Positions 39,654 to 55,442 of a stretch of 64,000 nucleotides of DNA are shown here, in pieces. The number at the start of each line of letters is the position of its first letter. The first letter of the stretch is position 1. The notes under the pieces are model-generated. The model was given only the letters and a program-made list of their open reading frames with translations, did no database searches and was not told the DNA's origin. The translations under genes and the position numbers were made by a program. The stretch lies in NCBI GenBank assembly GCA_964016885.1, contig OZ024752.1, positions 35,588,001 to 35,652,000 on the forward strand. The letters run 5' to 3'. Source of the DNA: Eledone cirrhosa. Taxonomy: Eukaryota.

Positions 39654-39759
39654 AAGTATTTCCGTCGGGAAGGTACAGGAAAAAAGAGTGCTCTATGTAG
39701 GCTACAGAGCTTTTTAATTATATGTTGTTTATTACATAATAAATAAATATATATATATA

Positions 39760-39958
39760 GTGGTAGGACACTGGAAGGTAATATCCGTAGTGGTAGAGCA
39801 CTCAGTCCATGGGATGAGTTAGGTAGAAGTGGTTACACAACACTTAGTTCACCATACCGAGGACAATTGTTTCACTTTAGCGGATCCATTACGAGCTGAG
39901 GATCCGCTAAGGTGAAACAATTGTTCTCGGTATGGTGAACTAACTGTTGTGTAACCAC

Positions 39959-39962
<4 letters not shown>
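39760..39962. mobile_element. Family J fold-back element; hammerhead at 39892-39929 (+)
   Basis: Imperfect arms about 39825-39887 / 39900-39963; tail with GAGTGCT on the minus strand (39797-39803). Hammerhead CGAG-CTGAGGA-tCC-gctaa-GGt-GAAA-CAATTG-TT-CTCG. A partial copy lies at 11955-12020. Confidence 0.78.
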
Positions 39963-40004
<42 letters not shown>

Positions 40005-40063
40005 CAAGGCTCTGATACCATCAACACTATACACACAGAGCTGGCATATCTAAGAACTGACTA

Positions 40064-40119
40064 ACTGCTTGATGAGGTCATAGTCATTCAATGGCTATCA
40101 TCGAAATATATATAGCAGT
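40064..40119 (+). ncRNA. Hammerhead ribozyme with C3U core variant (insert about 40000-40165)
   Basis: ACTGC-TTGATGA-GGTcATAGTCAT-tca-ATGGCTATcATC-GAAA-TATATATA-GCAGT. All three stems pair; the core has U at position 3. Confidence 0.7.
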
Positions 40120-40160
40120 AAATAAAGGATTATGAGTTCATGCAATTGACTTATGTTTCG

Positions 40161-40217
<57 letters not shown>

Positions 40218-40224
40218 AAAGTAG

Positions 40225-40253
<29 letters not shown>

Positions 40254-40255
<2 letters not shown>

Positions 40256-43196
40256 AAGGCGGGTAAAATTCCCGAGATCCATGGACGAGTTCTCTCCAGC
40301 GGTCTCTGTCCCTCATTATCGCTGCCATATCCTGCATCTCCAACAGACCAGTGTCTGTCCTTAGGGCATCAACATATGTTAACCTTGGTCTTCCTCTTCT
40401 AGTGTGTCCATGTAGGGGCTCCCAAAGGAGCACTGAGTGCAATGTCAACTCTGGATGCCGGTGAGCATGTCCAGCCAACCTCAGTCTTCTCTGTGTCACT
40501 TTTGAGCTGACTTTTGGGATGCTCCCATACAGCTCTGAGTTTTTCATCCTCAGTGTATACTGATTAATGTTCAGAGCCATCCTCAGCATTCCCGTGTAGC
40601 ACCCATCCACCATCTGAGTGAGTCTCTTGGTCAGTGTCCAAGTCTCAGACCCACACAGCAGCACAGACTCCACTACAGCAATGAAGAGGCGGATTTTCAG
40701 GTCTCTACGAAGGTCCGACTTCCACACCGATCTCAAGCTGTGACACGCCGCCCAGGCCTTGCTCTTCCTCTCAACCACATCATCTTCCGCATTTCCAATC
40801 TTTGCTCCCAAATACAGGAAGTCCTCAACCAATTCCAGCGGCTTCCCGCCTACATTAGTGATCCCCTCTGGCTTCTCAACATTCTCTACCAGATATTTTG
40901 TTTTAGTCTCATTCATTCTCAGCCCCACACTCATCGACACAGTCTCAACCTCCCGCATCAAATCCTCTGCCTCCTTCACTGTATTTGTCACCAAAACTAT
41001 GTCGTCGGCAAATTCAGCATCCGATACCTTTTTCGCCCCAACTCTCCTGCTCTGAGCCGGTGCTACAGTAAAGCCAGAGTCCTGGTGTTTCTCCAGTGCA
41101 AGGCGCATACAATAGTCCACTACGATGATAAAAAGGTAGGGAGCCAATGTATCTCCCTGGAGCACTCCAGCCAGTATCTCAAAGAACTCTGTCATCCCAT
41201 CAGGTGTAATGACTTGGGCTTTGGTGTTGGTGTAGAGCAGTGATATCAGGTCCACTATCCTCTTGGGGATTCCATAAGCCTGTAAGATCTTCATCAGGCA
41301 GTAACGGTCCACAGAATCAAAGGCCTTCCTAAAGTCAATGAAAACCATGACCGCAGGAAGGCACTTTGCTCTAGCTCCCTCTAATATCCTCCTCAGCATC
41401 AGGATGTGACTGGTGGTTGATCTACCCTCTCTGAAGCTGTTCTGGTTGTCCCTGAGCTTCTTCTCCATCTCAGGCTGGATCCTGTTAAGAATCATCCTGT
41501 TGAGGGTCTTTGCCACAAGTGACGTCAGTGAGATCCCCCGGTAGTTGTTGGTGTTAGAGAGATCTCCCTTCTTTGGCACTGGGACGATGTTACTGATCCT
41601 CCACTGATTCGGGGCAACTCCTTTCTCCAGTGTCCCGTTACAGAACCCCAGGATGATATCATCAAAATCACACCTCTTCATCACCTCTGATGCCACTCCA
41701 TCTTCTCCATGAGCCTTGCCCTCCTTGATCTTCTTCTTGGCTCTCTGAAGCTCCTCTCTGGTGAAGGGCTCTGTCTCAACATCCAGTTCCTCAAACAGCC
41801 GCCTGATCTCCCCAGTGCTCTGGGCTGTGGAGGGTGGCTCTCCTAGTAGGGTCCTAAAATGGTCTAGCCATTTCCTCTTCCTATCCTCGGGCCCCGTTCC
41901 CTGGATCTGACTCGAACACCTTTTCTTCCTCCCTGTGATCTCGTTGATGATCATCCAGCTCTCCTTACATCCAGATCTGTCAACCGCTCTCTCCACACTT
42001 CTGATCTTCTCTATCAGTGCCTCCTCTCTGACCTCAGTGTAAGCGGTACAGAGCTCTTCCCTCATCACCTCCACAGTCTCCATCCTCTCCTCCGTAGGAT
42101 CAGCATAGAATTGGTCCCTGGCAGCTTTCAGGTGTTCTCTGGCCGCACACACTTTTGGGTTTGCAGAGCTGACGTGCTTCCCTTTGTTCTTTTTCCTCGG
42201 CACCAGGGTTTCACTTGCTTTCGCCACTGCATTGGTGAAGTGCCCGTACCTCCTCGTCACACTCTCCTCAGTCCATCCAATCTCTCTCTCCTCTGACTCT
42301 CCACACAGAGCACTAAACCTGTTTCTCACTTCCACTGTGAACCTCTCCTGTAGCTTATCATCTTCCTTGAAAGCTCCCCAGTCATAGATTGTTCTCCGGG
42401 GCTGAGCCTTGCTCTTTCTTAAGCTCACGCGGACCTCACTCATAACAAGCCGGTGGTCACTACCCAGTGTACTGAAATAGCTGTATGGTTCCGTGTTCAG
42501 AACACTATTCCGCCACTTTTTCCTCACCAGAATGAAATCAATCTGGGACTTGGACAGGTGCATATCTGAGATGTAGGTCCACATCTTCCCCAGATTCTTC
42601 CTAAACCTTAGGTTGGTCGCCATCAAGTTCGCCTCCAGCAGGGTGTCTCTCAGTAGTCTTCCATTTCGGTTGGTGTTGTTATGGAAGTACCAGCAAGGAT
42701 CTTCACTGCCCTCCTTACTCAGATGTGCATTGAAGTCCCCCAAAACAAGCAGGATATTGTGTGCCTGAGTGGTGTTGACAGCTCTACACACCTCCTCATG
42801 GAACTCCTCGGCATTCACATCACTGTCCCCCTCGGTTGGACTATAGGCTGAGATGACTGTCAGTCTTGGGTTTCCATTGAAGGTCACCCTCAACACTCGC
42901 GGGGAGATAGGCATTATTTCCCTCACCAACAGATTGGTTTTTGCACTGAACACAAAACCCACTCCTCCTACTGCAGCATTTGTTGTGTTCTTCACTGCCG
43001 ATGTAGTGATGAGCTGGCTCTTCCTCCCGATCATCACACTCCTCACGGGCTCATCGTGTAGAATCCTGTGTTCTTGGATCGCAAGTATCTGTATACCACT
43101 CTCCTCGAACAGATATCCCAACTCCTCTCTCTTCTCCAGCGTTCGAATAGTCCTCACATTCAAAGTGCCCATTTTGATGGCTCTTCTGCAGGACAA
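40254..43196 (-). CDS. AP endonuclease + reverse transcriptase polyprotein (RTE-like non-LTR retrotransposon)
   Basis: 980 aa. APE motifs GTLNVRT, QE, YSPT, GDFNA, QIDFIL, SDH. RT motifs KKGD..NYRGISL, FIDFRKAFDSV, GVLQGDTLAPYLF, FADD, YLG. No C-terminal zinc knuckle. First in-frame ATG at 43172. Confidence 0.95.
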
Positions 43197-43228
43197 AACT
43201 GCATTCTTTATATTTGTCTCAGAGACAG

Positions 43229-43232
<4 letters not shown>
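40254..43232 (-). mobile_element. Near-full-length RTE-type LINE inserted in (TA)n
   Basis: A single uninterrupted ORF with (TA)n directly on both sides. The frame stays open to the 5' TA junction, so the copy is probably 5'-truncated. The TAG stop is immediately followed by (TA)n. Confidence 0.92.
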
Positions 43233-43295
<63 letters not shown>

Positions 43296-43564
43296 CTAAA
43301 AGTCTGTGATTGCTTGCTTGCTTATCTGTAATGTAATACAGCCAAAAGGGCGCATAATGGGAAAATACTTTGAAAGGAAGTTGACTTTGAAATGGGAATA
43401 CAAATGGAATAAAACAAGTTTCGCGTAAATCGAAGCACGGGTTCCGGAGATATGGGGTTTTCTGGGTACCTTCATAAACAGAGAGAGAGAAGGATAGAGA
43501 AAAAAGGATAGTGGTTGTGAGGGAGTAGATTGAAAGAGAGACATAGAGAGAGGGAGAGGAGACA

Positions 43565-43861
43565 GAGGATGAAAAACTCAAAGTTGTATGGGAGCCTCCC
43601 TAACGTCAGCTCAAAAGTGACACAGAGGAGACTGAGGTTAGCTGGACATGCTCACCGGCATCCAGAGTTGACATTGCACTCAGTGCTCCTTTGGGAGCCC
43701 CTACATGGACACACTAGAAGAGGAAGACCAAGGTTAACGTATGTTGATTCCCTAAGGACAGACACTGGTCTGTTGGAGACGCAGGACATGGCAGTGATAT
43801 TGAGGGACAGAGACCGCTGGAGAGAACTCGTCCATGGATCTCGGGAATTTTACCCGCCCTA

Positions 43862-43863
<2 letters not shown>
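43565..43863 (+). mobile_element. 5'-truncated RTE LINE copy (3' ~300 bp)
   Basis: [28 protein letters not shown]...SREFYPP* is nearly identical to the long copy and is followed by (TA)n. Confidence 0.92.
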
Positions 43864-43955
<92 letters not shown>

Positions 43956-44276
43956 GGTGATGTTGTTGTGTATATATGTGAGTGCGTGTGAATATATATA
44001 TATGTGTGTGTGTGTGTGTGTCTATGACCAGTGTATATGGACACCCACATATACAGACACCCACATATATATATATATACACATACACACTCTCACATAC
44101 ATATATATATAAGTATACACACACACACATTTACATATATACATACACACACGTATATATATATATATATGGGCCTTCCAGTTTCATTTCACATTATATA
44201 CATGTCTGTGTATATTTTAATTATTCAAAAATTATTGTTAAGTAAACAGGATTTAAAAAATGGATTTTGAAGTGAA

Positions 44277-44305
44277 CGTGACCCGTTGGGTCACGGGTGG
44301 GCTAG
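44277..44305 (+). mobile_element. Helitron 3' terminus
   Basis: Hairpin CGTGACCC-gtt-GGGTCACG followed after 6 nt by CTAG|T. Confidence 0.55.
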
Positions 44306-44339
44306 TATATAAATATTGTGTTTATATATTTAATCTGAT

Positions 44340-44898
44340 CTTCATCATCATCATCATCTTCTTCTTCTCCTTCTCCTTCTCTTCCTTCTTCTTCTCCTCC
44401 TTCTTCTTCTCCTCATCCTTCTTCTCCTTCTCCTCCTCCTCCTCCTCCTTCTCTTCCTCCTCCTTCTTCTCCTCCCCTCCTTCTTCTTCTCCTCCCTCTC
44501 CTTCTTCTTCTCCTTCTCTTCCTTCTTCTTTTCCTCATCCTTCTTCTTCTCCTCCTCCTCCTCCTTCTCTTCCTCCTCCTTCTTCTCCTCCCCTCCTTCT
44601 TCTTCTCCTCCCTCTCCTTCTTCTTCTCCTTCTCTTCCTTCTCCTCCTTCTTCTTTTCCTCATCCTTCTCCTTCTCCTCCTCCTCCTCCTCTTCCCCCTC
44701 CTTCTTCTCCTCCCCTCCTTCTTCTTCTCTTTCTCCTTCTTCTCCTTCTCTTCCTTCTCCTCCTTCTTCTTTTCCTCATCCTTTTTCTTCTCCTCCTCCT
44801 CCCCCCTCCCCCTCCTCATCCCCCTCCTTCTTCTCCTCCCCCTCCTTCTTCTTCTCCTCCCTCTCCTCCTTCTTCTCCTCCTCCTTCTTCTCCTCCCA
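44340..44898. repeat. (CTT/CTC)n polypyrimidine tract
   Basis: Read directly. Confidence 0.95.
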
Positions 44899-45689
44899 CT
44901 TATTCGTGAGAGGGTCGTGGGGGCAGAGTCCTGAAACACTCCTTCCAGCGGGACCTGTCAAAAGCAACCGTCTTCAATTGATCCGGCTGGATCTCCAAGA
45001 GTGACCAGCCAAGCTCATGGATATTATCTAACCCTCTTGCTCGGGGTCTACTCCTGGGTCTCTTACCTTTTTTTTTTTTACCCGTAAAATCTGTTCAGGG
45101 ATTCCTGAGACATTCTTATCTGGTCTGTCTAACAAAATATACACCAAAATATACACCTCCGATCTAAAGATCTCCAATTTAGGCACAGGACCAGCAATTT
45201 GTGAGCAAGAGAAAGTCGATCATATCAACCCCTAAATCAGAAACCATTATTTTAAAAAAAGGGGGGGTGGGAGTGACAGTATCGGTAGAGGGTCGGACGC
45301 CATTCTTAGCAGCAAAGAGTTACGGCCCTTTTATGGTCTGAGATCAAATCCCGCTGAGGTCAACTTTGCCTTTCATCCTTACGGGGTCGATGAAATAAAG
45401 TACCAGTAATACACTGAGATAATTGCTGGCCTTGTGCTAAAAGTAGATACAATTATTTATTGGTACTTTAATTTATCGACCCTTAAAGGTTGAAAAGAAG
45501 TTTATATCGGCTGGATTTGAACTCAGAACGTTTATAATTGCGACTAAATATCAAACAGTATTTTATTCGATGCTCTACTGCTTCGGTAAACCCACGGCTG
45601 TGTATCTCGAAAGATTAATTAATAAATTAATTATTTCATCTATCTACCTATCTACCTGTCTATCTACCTGTCTATCTATCTGTCTATCT

Positions 45690-48310
<2,621 letters not shown>

Positions 48311-51300
48311 ATTTGTCTATTTATTTATTTATTTATTTTCATATTATTTTACTTTATAAATAGGTCGGTAGATTGTGTTAGTTGTTAGAGGGTCGGTTCT
48401 TTAAGTTCTGAGTTCAAATCCTGCCGAGGTCAACTTTGCACTTTGCATTTCATCCTTCCGAGATCAATAAAATAAAGTACACCTTATATACTATGGCCGA
48501 TATAATCGACTCTCCCACCACACTACCTCACACACACACATACACACACAAAATTGCAGGTTTTGTACCTAAATCAGAAACCATTATTTTTACATTGGAT
48601 TGGCAGTATCGGTAGAGGGTCGGACGCCATGCTTTCCAGCATAGTTACGTCCCTTTACGATCTGAGTTCAAATCCCGCCGAGGTTGACTTTGCCTTTCAT
48701 CCTTACGGGGTCGATAAAATAAAGTACCAGTAATGCACTGGGTAATTGCTGGCTTTGTGCCTAAAGTAGAAACAATTATTTTTACATTGAGGGCGGTGGA
48801 TTGACAGAATCGGTAGAGGGTCTGGCGCGATGCTTTGCAGCAAAGAGTTACGGCCCTTTATGGTCTGCGTTCAAATCCCGCCGAAGTTAACTTTGCCTTT
48901 CATCCTTACGGGGTCGATAAAATAAAGTACCAGTAATACACTGGGGTAATTGCTGGCCTTGTGCCTAAAGTAGAAAAAAGTCATTTTTTAAATTGAAAAC
49001 AATAACTTCCTGAAATGGTTCTACCGAGCCATTAACTGTTTCTCTACGTTTTTGAAGGCGAGAGAGAACAAGGAAGTGTTTGTAACTCGATGCTGAACAA
49101 ATATTACATGTGTTTCTTTCATGTATCCGAATTATTCCCGTTGTTTAGATCTTTTACTGATATATAGGGTCTCGTAACTCCTGAGGGAATCACAGAGGCG
49201 CCATATTGACATACGGCGTTTCTAGGGCATTTTTTATCTTGGTGGAGCCCATCCCCTCCCCAGGTCTGAATACTCCCAGATTTCTTCCATAGAAGGCACA
49301 AGGACAATTTTGAGCAAGGGAAAGTCTATTAGATTGATCCCAATGCGTTACTGGTATCTCAGACTCTATGTGTTTGGCTAACCTAGTTGATATCTTAGAG
49401 TATGTGTTTTTGGCTAACCTAGTATTAGATACAGGATACCTGAATAAAACATTATACGGCTATGGCGGGAATGTACTTAATCTTAGGTCTACATAATCTG
49501 GAGTGACTTGTTGCTAAACACCACCACCACCACCACCACCACTTTAAACAAATCCTTTCTGTAGAAAATCCATTGAGTCGACACAAACACATTACTGAGA
49601 GATGTTAACCCAAGTCAACGAGATTTTATTCAAATATCGATTTGATCATTGCAGTAAATGTCTCAAGATGCTCTGCTCACTCGAGGAGAATTGTAGAGCA
49701 AAAATATTACCCCTAGTAAAGAAAATAACACCAAGGATAAACCTATTGACAGGACCAAAGATACTAAAAACTTAGATTTGTACATATGTATTTAAAATAA
49801 TTGTTTCTACTTTAAGCACAAGACCAGCAATTACCCCAGTGTATTACTGGTACTTTATTTTATCAAACCCGTAAGGATGAAAGGTAAATTTAACCGCGGC
49901 GGGATTTGAACTCAGAGCGTAAAGGGTCATAACTCAATGCCTCAAAGCATGTTGTCCGACGCTCTACCGATACTGCCAATCCACCGCCCTAATATATATT
50001 TAAAATAATGATTTCTAGTATAGGCACAAGGCCAGTAATTTTGGGGGAAGGGAAAGTCGTTACCTGTCGTTACCAGTACGTTACCTGTGCTTTATTTTAT
50101 CGACCTTGTAAGGATGAAAGGCAAAGTTAACCTCGGTGGGATTTGAACTCAGACCATAAAGGGACGTAACTCTATGCTGGCAAACATGGCGTCCGACCCT
50201 CTACCGATACTGCCAATCCGCCGCCTCCCTAATATGTATTTAAAATAATAACAAATGTTGATAGACATTTCAACAATAACATCTATTCAGAACAAACACT
50301 ATAGAGCTTAAATTGTTCTCTGAAATAGTCACGTGTTATTGTAAAGAAGACATTCAATGAATTAAGACAAAACACAAACTCTGGTACATTGTTTCTTCAT
50401 TCACCTGTATATGTTCATTGAGGTAACAAGGTAACCTAACGTAGGCATTGTAATCTAATATAGAGATGGGTTCTCACAAGAACGATACTAGCAGTCATAG
50501 ATTGCCGAGACTTTCCGAACATATTCCATTTGAATCGACCCAAGAAACATAAATATAATGTCAACTCTATAACAAGTTATGGCTGACACAGACAGCTTGC
50601 GCGAAGCCATTTTGACGATTCTTTGATTCTTTGCAGTAGCCATCTTGACAATATGAGACCCAAACATAATGGACTGCTTGAAACGGGGCTTAATAGTCTG
50701 CTTCGTGTAATCCATAGTTTTAATAAGTGTATAGAAGTCCGTGCAAGTTGGTTTTACTTATTACTTTATCGAATATTTGTGCGAGATTTACAGGGTCAGT
50801 AGTTATTTAACATTTGTACGTGCAAGCAGGTCATATGACACGTTGGTAAATAAACTGAAAAGACAGTCGTCGAAACTACGATAATGTATGCAATTTCCGA
50901 ATTCAATTAAACATATTCAAACATGACCAGCTAGATATTGTTACTTGTTTAGAGTGGTGGCTTGGCAAAGTCGTTAGGGGATCGGGGAAATTCTGTTTGT
51001 TTCGTTCTTTTACGTTCTGAGTTCAACTTTGCCTGTCGTCCTTTCAGGGTTGATAAGATAAAACAACAATCAAATACTGGGATCGATATAATCGACCACC
51101 ACCAGCCACCCCACCGCCGTCACCTCCCAACACATGTCAGGTCTTGTACCTAGATTAGAAAACCCTATTACCCTGTTTATAGCAATAAAATATGCTCTGC
51201 TTTGAAAATATAAGCACGATGAAGAAAAAAAAGGACAGGTGTTGGTTGATGACCAACGAGGTGTTTGAAAATAATGGAAAAGGTAAATAAACAAACAGTA

Positions 51301-51444
51301 ATTATGTATCACCTGTAAAATTTACGGAACACACAGTTATGGAAGTATCATTTGCAGAATGTGAGGTTGTCATTGAGGTTAACTTTGCTTTTTGTCCCTT
51401 CGAGGTCGATAAAATAAAGTACCAGTCTGGGATCGTTTCTTCCT

Positions 51445-51570
<126 letters not shown>

Positions 51571-53548
51571 AAGAAATTGGCTGGTTTGGAAAGGATATAT
51601 ACTCAGTCAAGTTCAAAGAAAGTCCTCAAGACGTCGTCCCGACGACTTCATCATACTTATAAGGATTCCATTATATTAATGTTAATACTTTAGCTAGTTC
51701 AAAATAAACATTATAGATCCCATCAGAAATGTACATAATATGAATGGGCGTTTATTAAATAAATTTATTAAGATTCATGTTATTGTATTCTTTCAATTAC
51801 TTTTATCTTTAAAAAAAAGCAGAAATATCTTGAAGTAATTTTAAATTCTCGACCTATCAAATATATAAACTTCGTACTTCCGTCAATATGCACTATGGGA
51901 AATATGTTTATTCTACGTTATAGGAGGAGAATCTTAGTTAGTTTGTTCACGTGTCACAAGAAATAGATAGGTAAGTAAATTTTTCTGAGAGAACATAAGT
52001 ATATTTACATGTACAATTATCATATACAAATCTAATACTGTATGTTTTTTATTCTTTACAAAAATGTATGAGGTAGTTAACAATTTATTGTAAATTTTAT
52101 AACAAAATAAATTATATATTTTATATATCTATATCGTTATAAACATTGTTCTTAACATGCGTAGGACATATTTCACTTTTATGGAGTTAGAAACAGAAGT
52201 GCACAAAGTTGAAAATGCAATATAACAGAAGTATATAAATTTCAAAATATAATATATTAATAAATACATAGTAAATATTTTTTTTTATTTTTACAGTCTG
52301 AAAGAAATATATTTATTTTAAACATTTTTTTAAATGTATATATTTGTTTTAAACATTTTTTAAAATGCATATTTATTTTTAAGACATTTTAAAAGAAATA
52401 TATTTCTTTCAAGATCATCTCACAGAAAATTATTTATACACCCACTAAATTAAAAAAAAAAAATTAAAAAATAAATATATATATATATATATAGTAAAAG
52501 AGTCAGGACCCCGACGGCTGAGCTCCGGTCGTTTCGACAGCTAGATCCGAACTCTTCGGATCAAGCTGTCGGGGTCCTGACTCTTTTCCTATTACCCACT
52601 CTACTACCCTAACTATCGAGTACTCTGGTTTCTTACCACACTTTCTTTGTTATATATATTATACCAAAGTCATGTCTGAGCAAGAAATTTCAATATTCAT
52701 AAGAACATTGTAATATGTTAATTCGAATGAACTAACTACCTCGGTATTATTTAAGATTTTCCACTTCAACAATTTTCCAATGTAACAAAACTTTCTCCTT
52801 TATCCTACTAAAATATGAATTGGCTAAACTATGCAGACAAATTTGTTGAGTGATTTTATATAAGACCATTCTTAAAACACTTCAAAGTATTAAACGATGT
52901 AATACATTATTCAAGCAAATGGTTTCGTATTAATATATATATTTTTTGTAGTAGATTGTTATAACTTTATATCTATTTCTTTCCTATATAAATTCAACAT
53001 ATAAATTTGAATGGGAAAAAAGTAATTTTATTTCAATCAATGTTGGTGTGTAGAAAATATATAGTTTTTTGTTTTGTTTTGTTTTTTAAATTTTACACTG
53101 AAAGTTGGTGTATATTGTCTGTTTTTTCTTGTTTATATATATTTTTGATCAATTTATTGTTCCTTGGTTTTTAAAGCGTGACGTTAAGCTGAAGCCGACA
53201 TTTCAAATATGTGTCAATACACGATGACCTAGATTTCTATATTCATGGAGAAATAACGATAGTTAACGCCCTTGCGTGTATTTTTTTGAGATGATTGAGG
53301 GAAATATTTCAGTGAGATTTTTAGAAGATCTAAAAGAGAATTAAAATTTTGAAATGAATTTGAATATGAATCAAATATGAGACATCCCCAAGAAACAGCC
53401 CTTCGTCCAAAAGAGAAAGACTGAGACAGACAGACAGACAGACAGACAGAGAGACAGAGAGAATGTGGGGGAAAATAAAGAGCACAATTAATCAACAAGT
53501 AATCTTAAATATCTCCTTTGCACCTTCCTAGGTTCATTCATGTGTGAG

Positions 53549-53594
<46 letters not shown>

Positions 53595-53691
53595 TGTATG
53601 TGTGAGTGTATGTGTGAGCGAGTGAGTGTGTGTGTGTGTGAGTGAGTGTGTGTGTGTGAGTGTGTGTGTGTGTGTGTGTGTCTGTGTGTGT

Positions 53692-53751
<60 letters not shown>

Positions 53752-53947
53752 CGAATACTGTTAGTTACAGTAGAAAATAGTATCATTTAATCAAAGCTCT
53801 TGAAGTTTCTCTCTTACGATTTGTTGGTGATTGACGATCATGCAGTGGAAATTTCGGATGCATATGTAATGTGTGTGGAGAGAGAGAGAGAAAGAAAGAG
53901 AGAGAAAAGAGAGAGAGTGTGTGTGTCTGTGTGTGTCTGTGTGTGTG

Positions 53948-53980
<33 letters not shown>

Positions 53981-54086
53981 CTTTGCGTAAACTGTATTGG
54001 TCAACCGGAAATATAGACAAACCAAGTGGTTGAGAGACGAACTTATTAACCAAATGGTTACACCCTTTTGTTCTATATATATAGTT

Positions 54087-54119
<33 letters not shown>

Positions 54120-54346
54120 ACTATATAAATATATATATATAAATATATATATATATAGTTATATATATATATATATATATAGTTATATATATATATATAT
54201 AACTATATATATATATATATAACTATATATATATATATAACTATATATATATATATAACTATATATATATATATATATATATAACTATATATATATATAT
54301 ATAACTATATATATATATATATATATATATAACTATATATATATAT

Positions 54347-54931
54347 CGTTTCTGAATTTGTTTAGCAAGATTCTTTATCTGAAATCGTGTGTTGAAACCG
54401 ATATTGTTATACTTTGGGAGGGTCATGTTGCCAATAAGAAACACACGCACCAGTTGCTTTCACTTCAATTTATTATATATTTATAAGTTTATAAATTTAC
54501 AAATCTACAAACTCATAAATTTCTGGTTGGTTGGTTGGTTCCACAACCAGATAGTTGTTTATATATAGTCATAGTCCTTTCGTCACACACTCTGTGACCT
54601 CTTCAGTGACTGGGGATTCCTTTCTTTGTTTCTGTGCCTTTCCTTTCTTCTGTCCTACGCCATTTTGTTTGGCGTAGGACAGAAGAAAGGAAAGGCACAG
54701 AAACAAAGAAAGGAATCCCCAGTCACTGAAGAGGTCACAGAGTGTGTGACGAAAGGACTATGACTATATATAAACAACTATCTGGTTGTGGAACCAACCA
54801 ACCAACCAGAAATTTATGAGTTTGTAGATTTGTAAATTTATAAACTTATAAATATATAATAAATTGAAGTCAAAGCAACTGGTGCGTGTGTTTCTTATTG
54901 GCAACATGACCCTCCCAAAGTATAACAATAT
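54347..54931. mobile_element. Family I fold-back element with ~262-bp arms; hammerheads at 54721-54765 (+) and 54567-54611 (-)
   Basis: Arms 54401-54662 / 54670-54931 are near perfect, with a unique extension at 54347-54400. Hammerhead: AGTCA-CTGAAGA-g-GTCACA..TGTGAC-GAAA-GgaC-TA-TGACT. Confidence 0.85.
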
Positions 54932-55411
54932 ATATATATAACTATATATAAATATATATATATATATAACTATATATATATATATAAATATATATATATA
55001 TAAATATATATATAAATATATATATATAAATATATATATATATAAATATATATATAAATATATATATATATAAATATATATATATATAAATATATATATA
55101 ACTATATATATATATATATAAATATATATATATATAAATATATATATAACTATATATATATATATATAAATATATATATATATAAATATATATAACTATA
55201 TATATATAAATATATATATATATATAAATATATATATATATAACTATATATATATATATAACTATATATAAATATATATATATATATAAATATATATATA
55301 TATAAATATATATATATAACTATATATATATAAATATATATATATATAACTATATATATATATATAACTATATATATATATTTATAACTATATATATATA
55401 TATATAACTAT

Positions 55412-55442
<31 letters not shown>

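Noticed and set aside
40740-43299. Plus-strand ORFs overlapping the RTE element
   Set aside because: Antisense shadow frames of the RT ORF.
44260-44967. Leu/Ser/Pro-rich and Arg/Glu-rich ORFs
   Set aside because: Translations of a (CTT/CTC)n tract.
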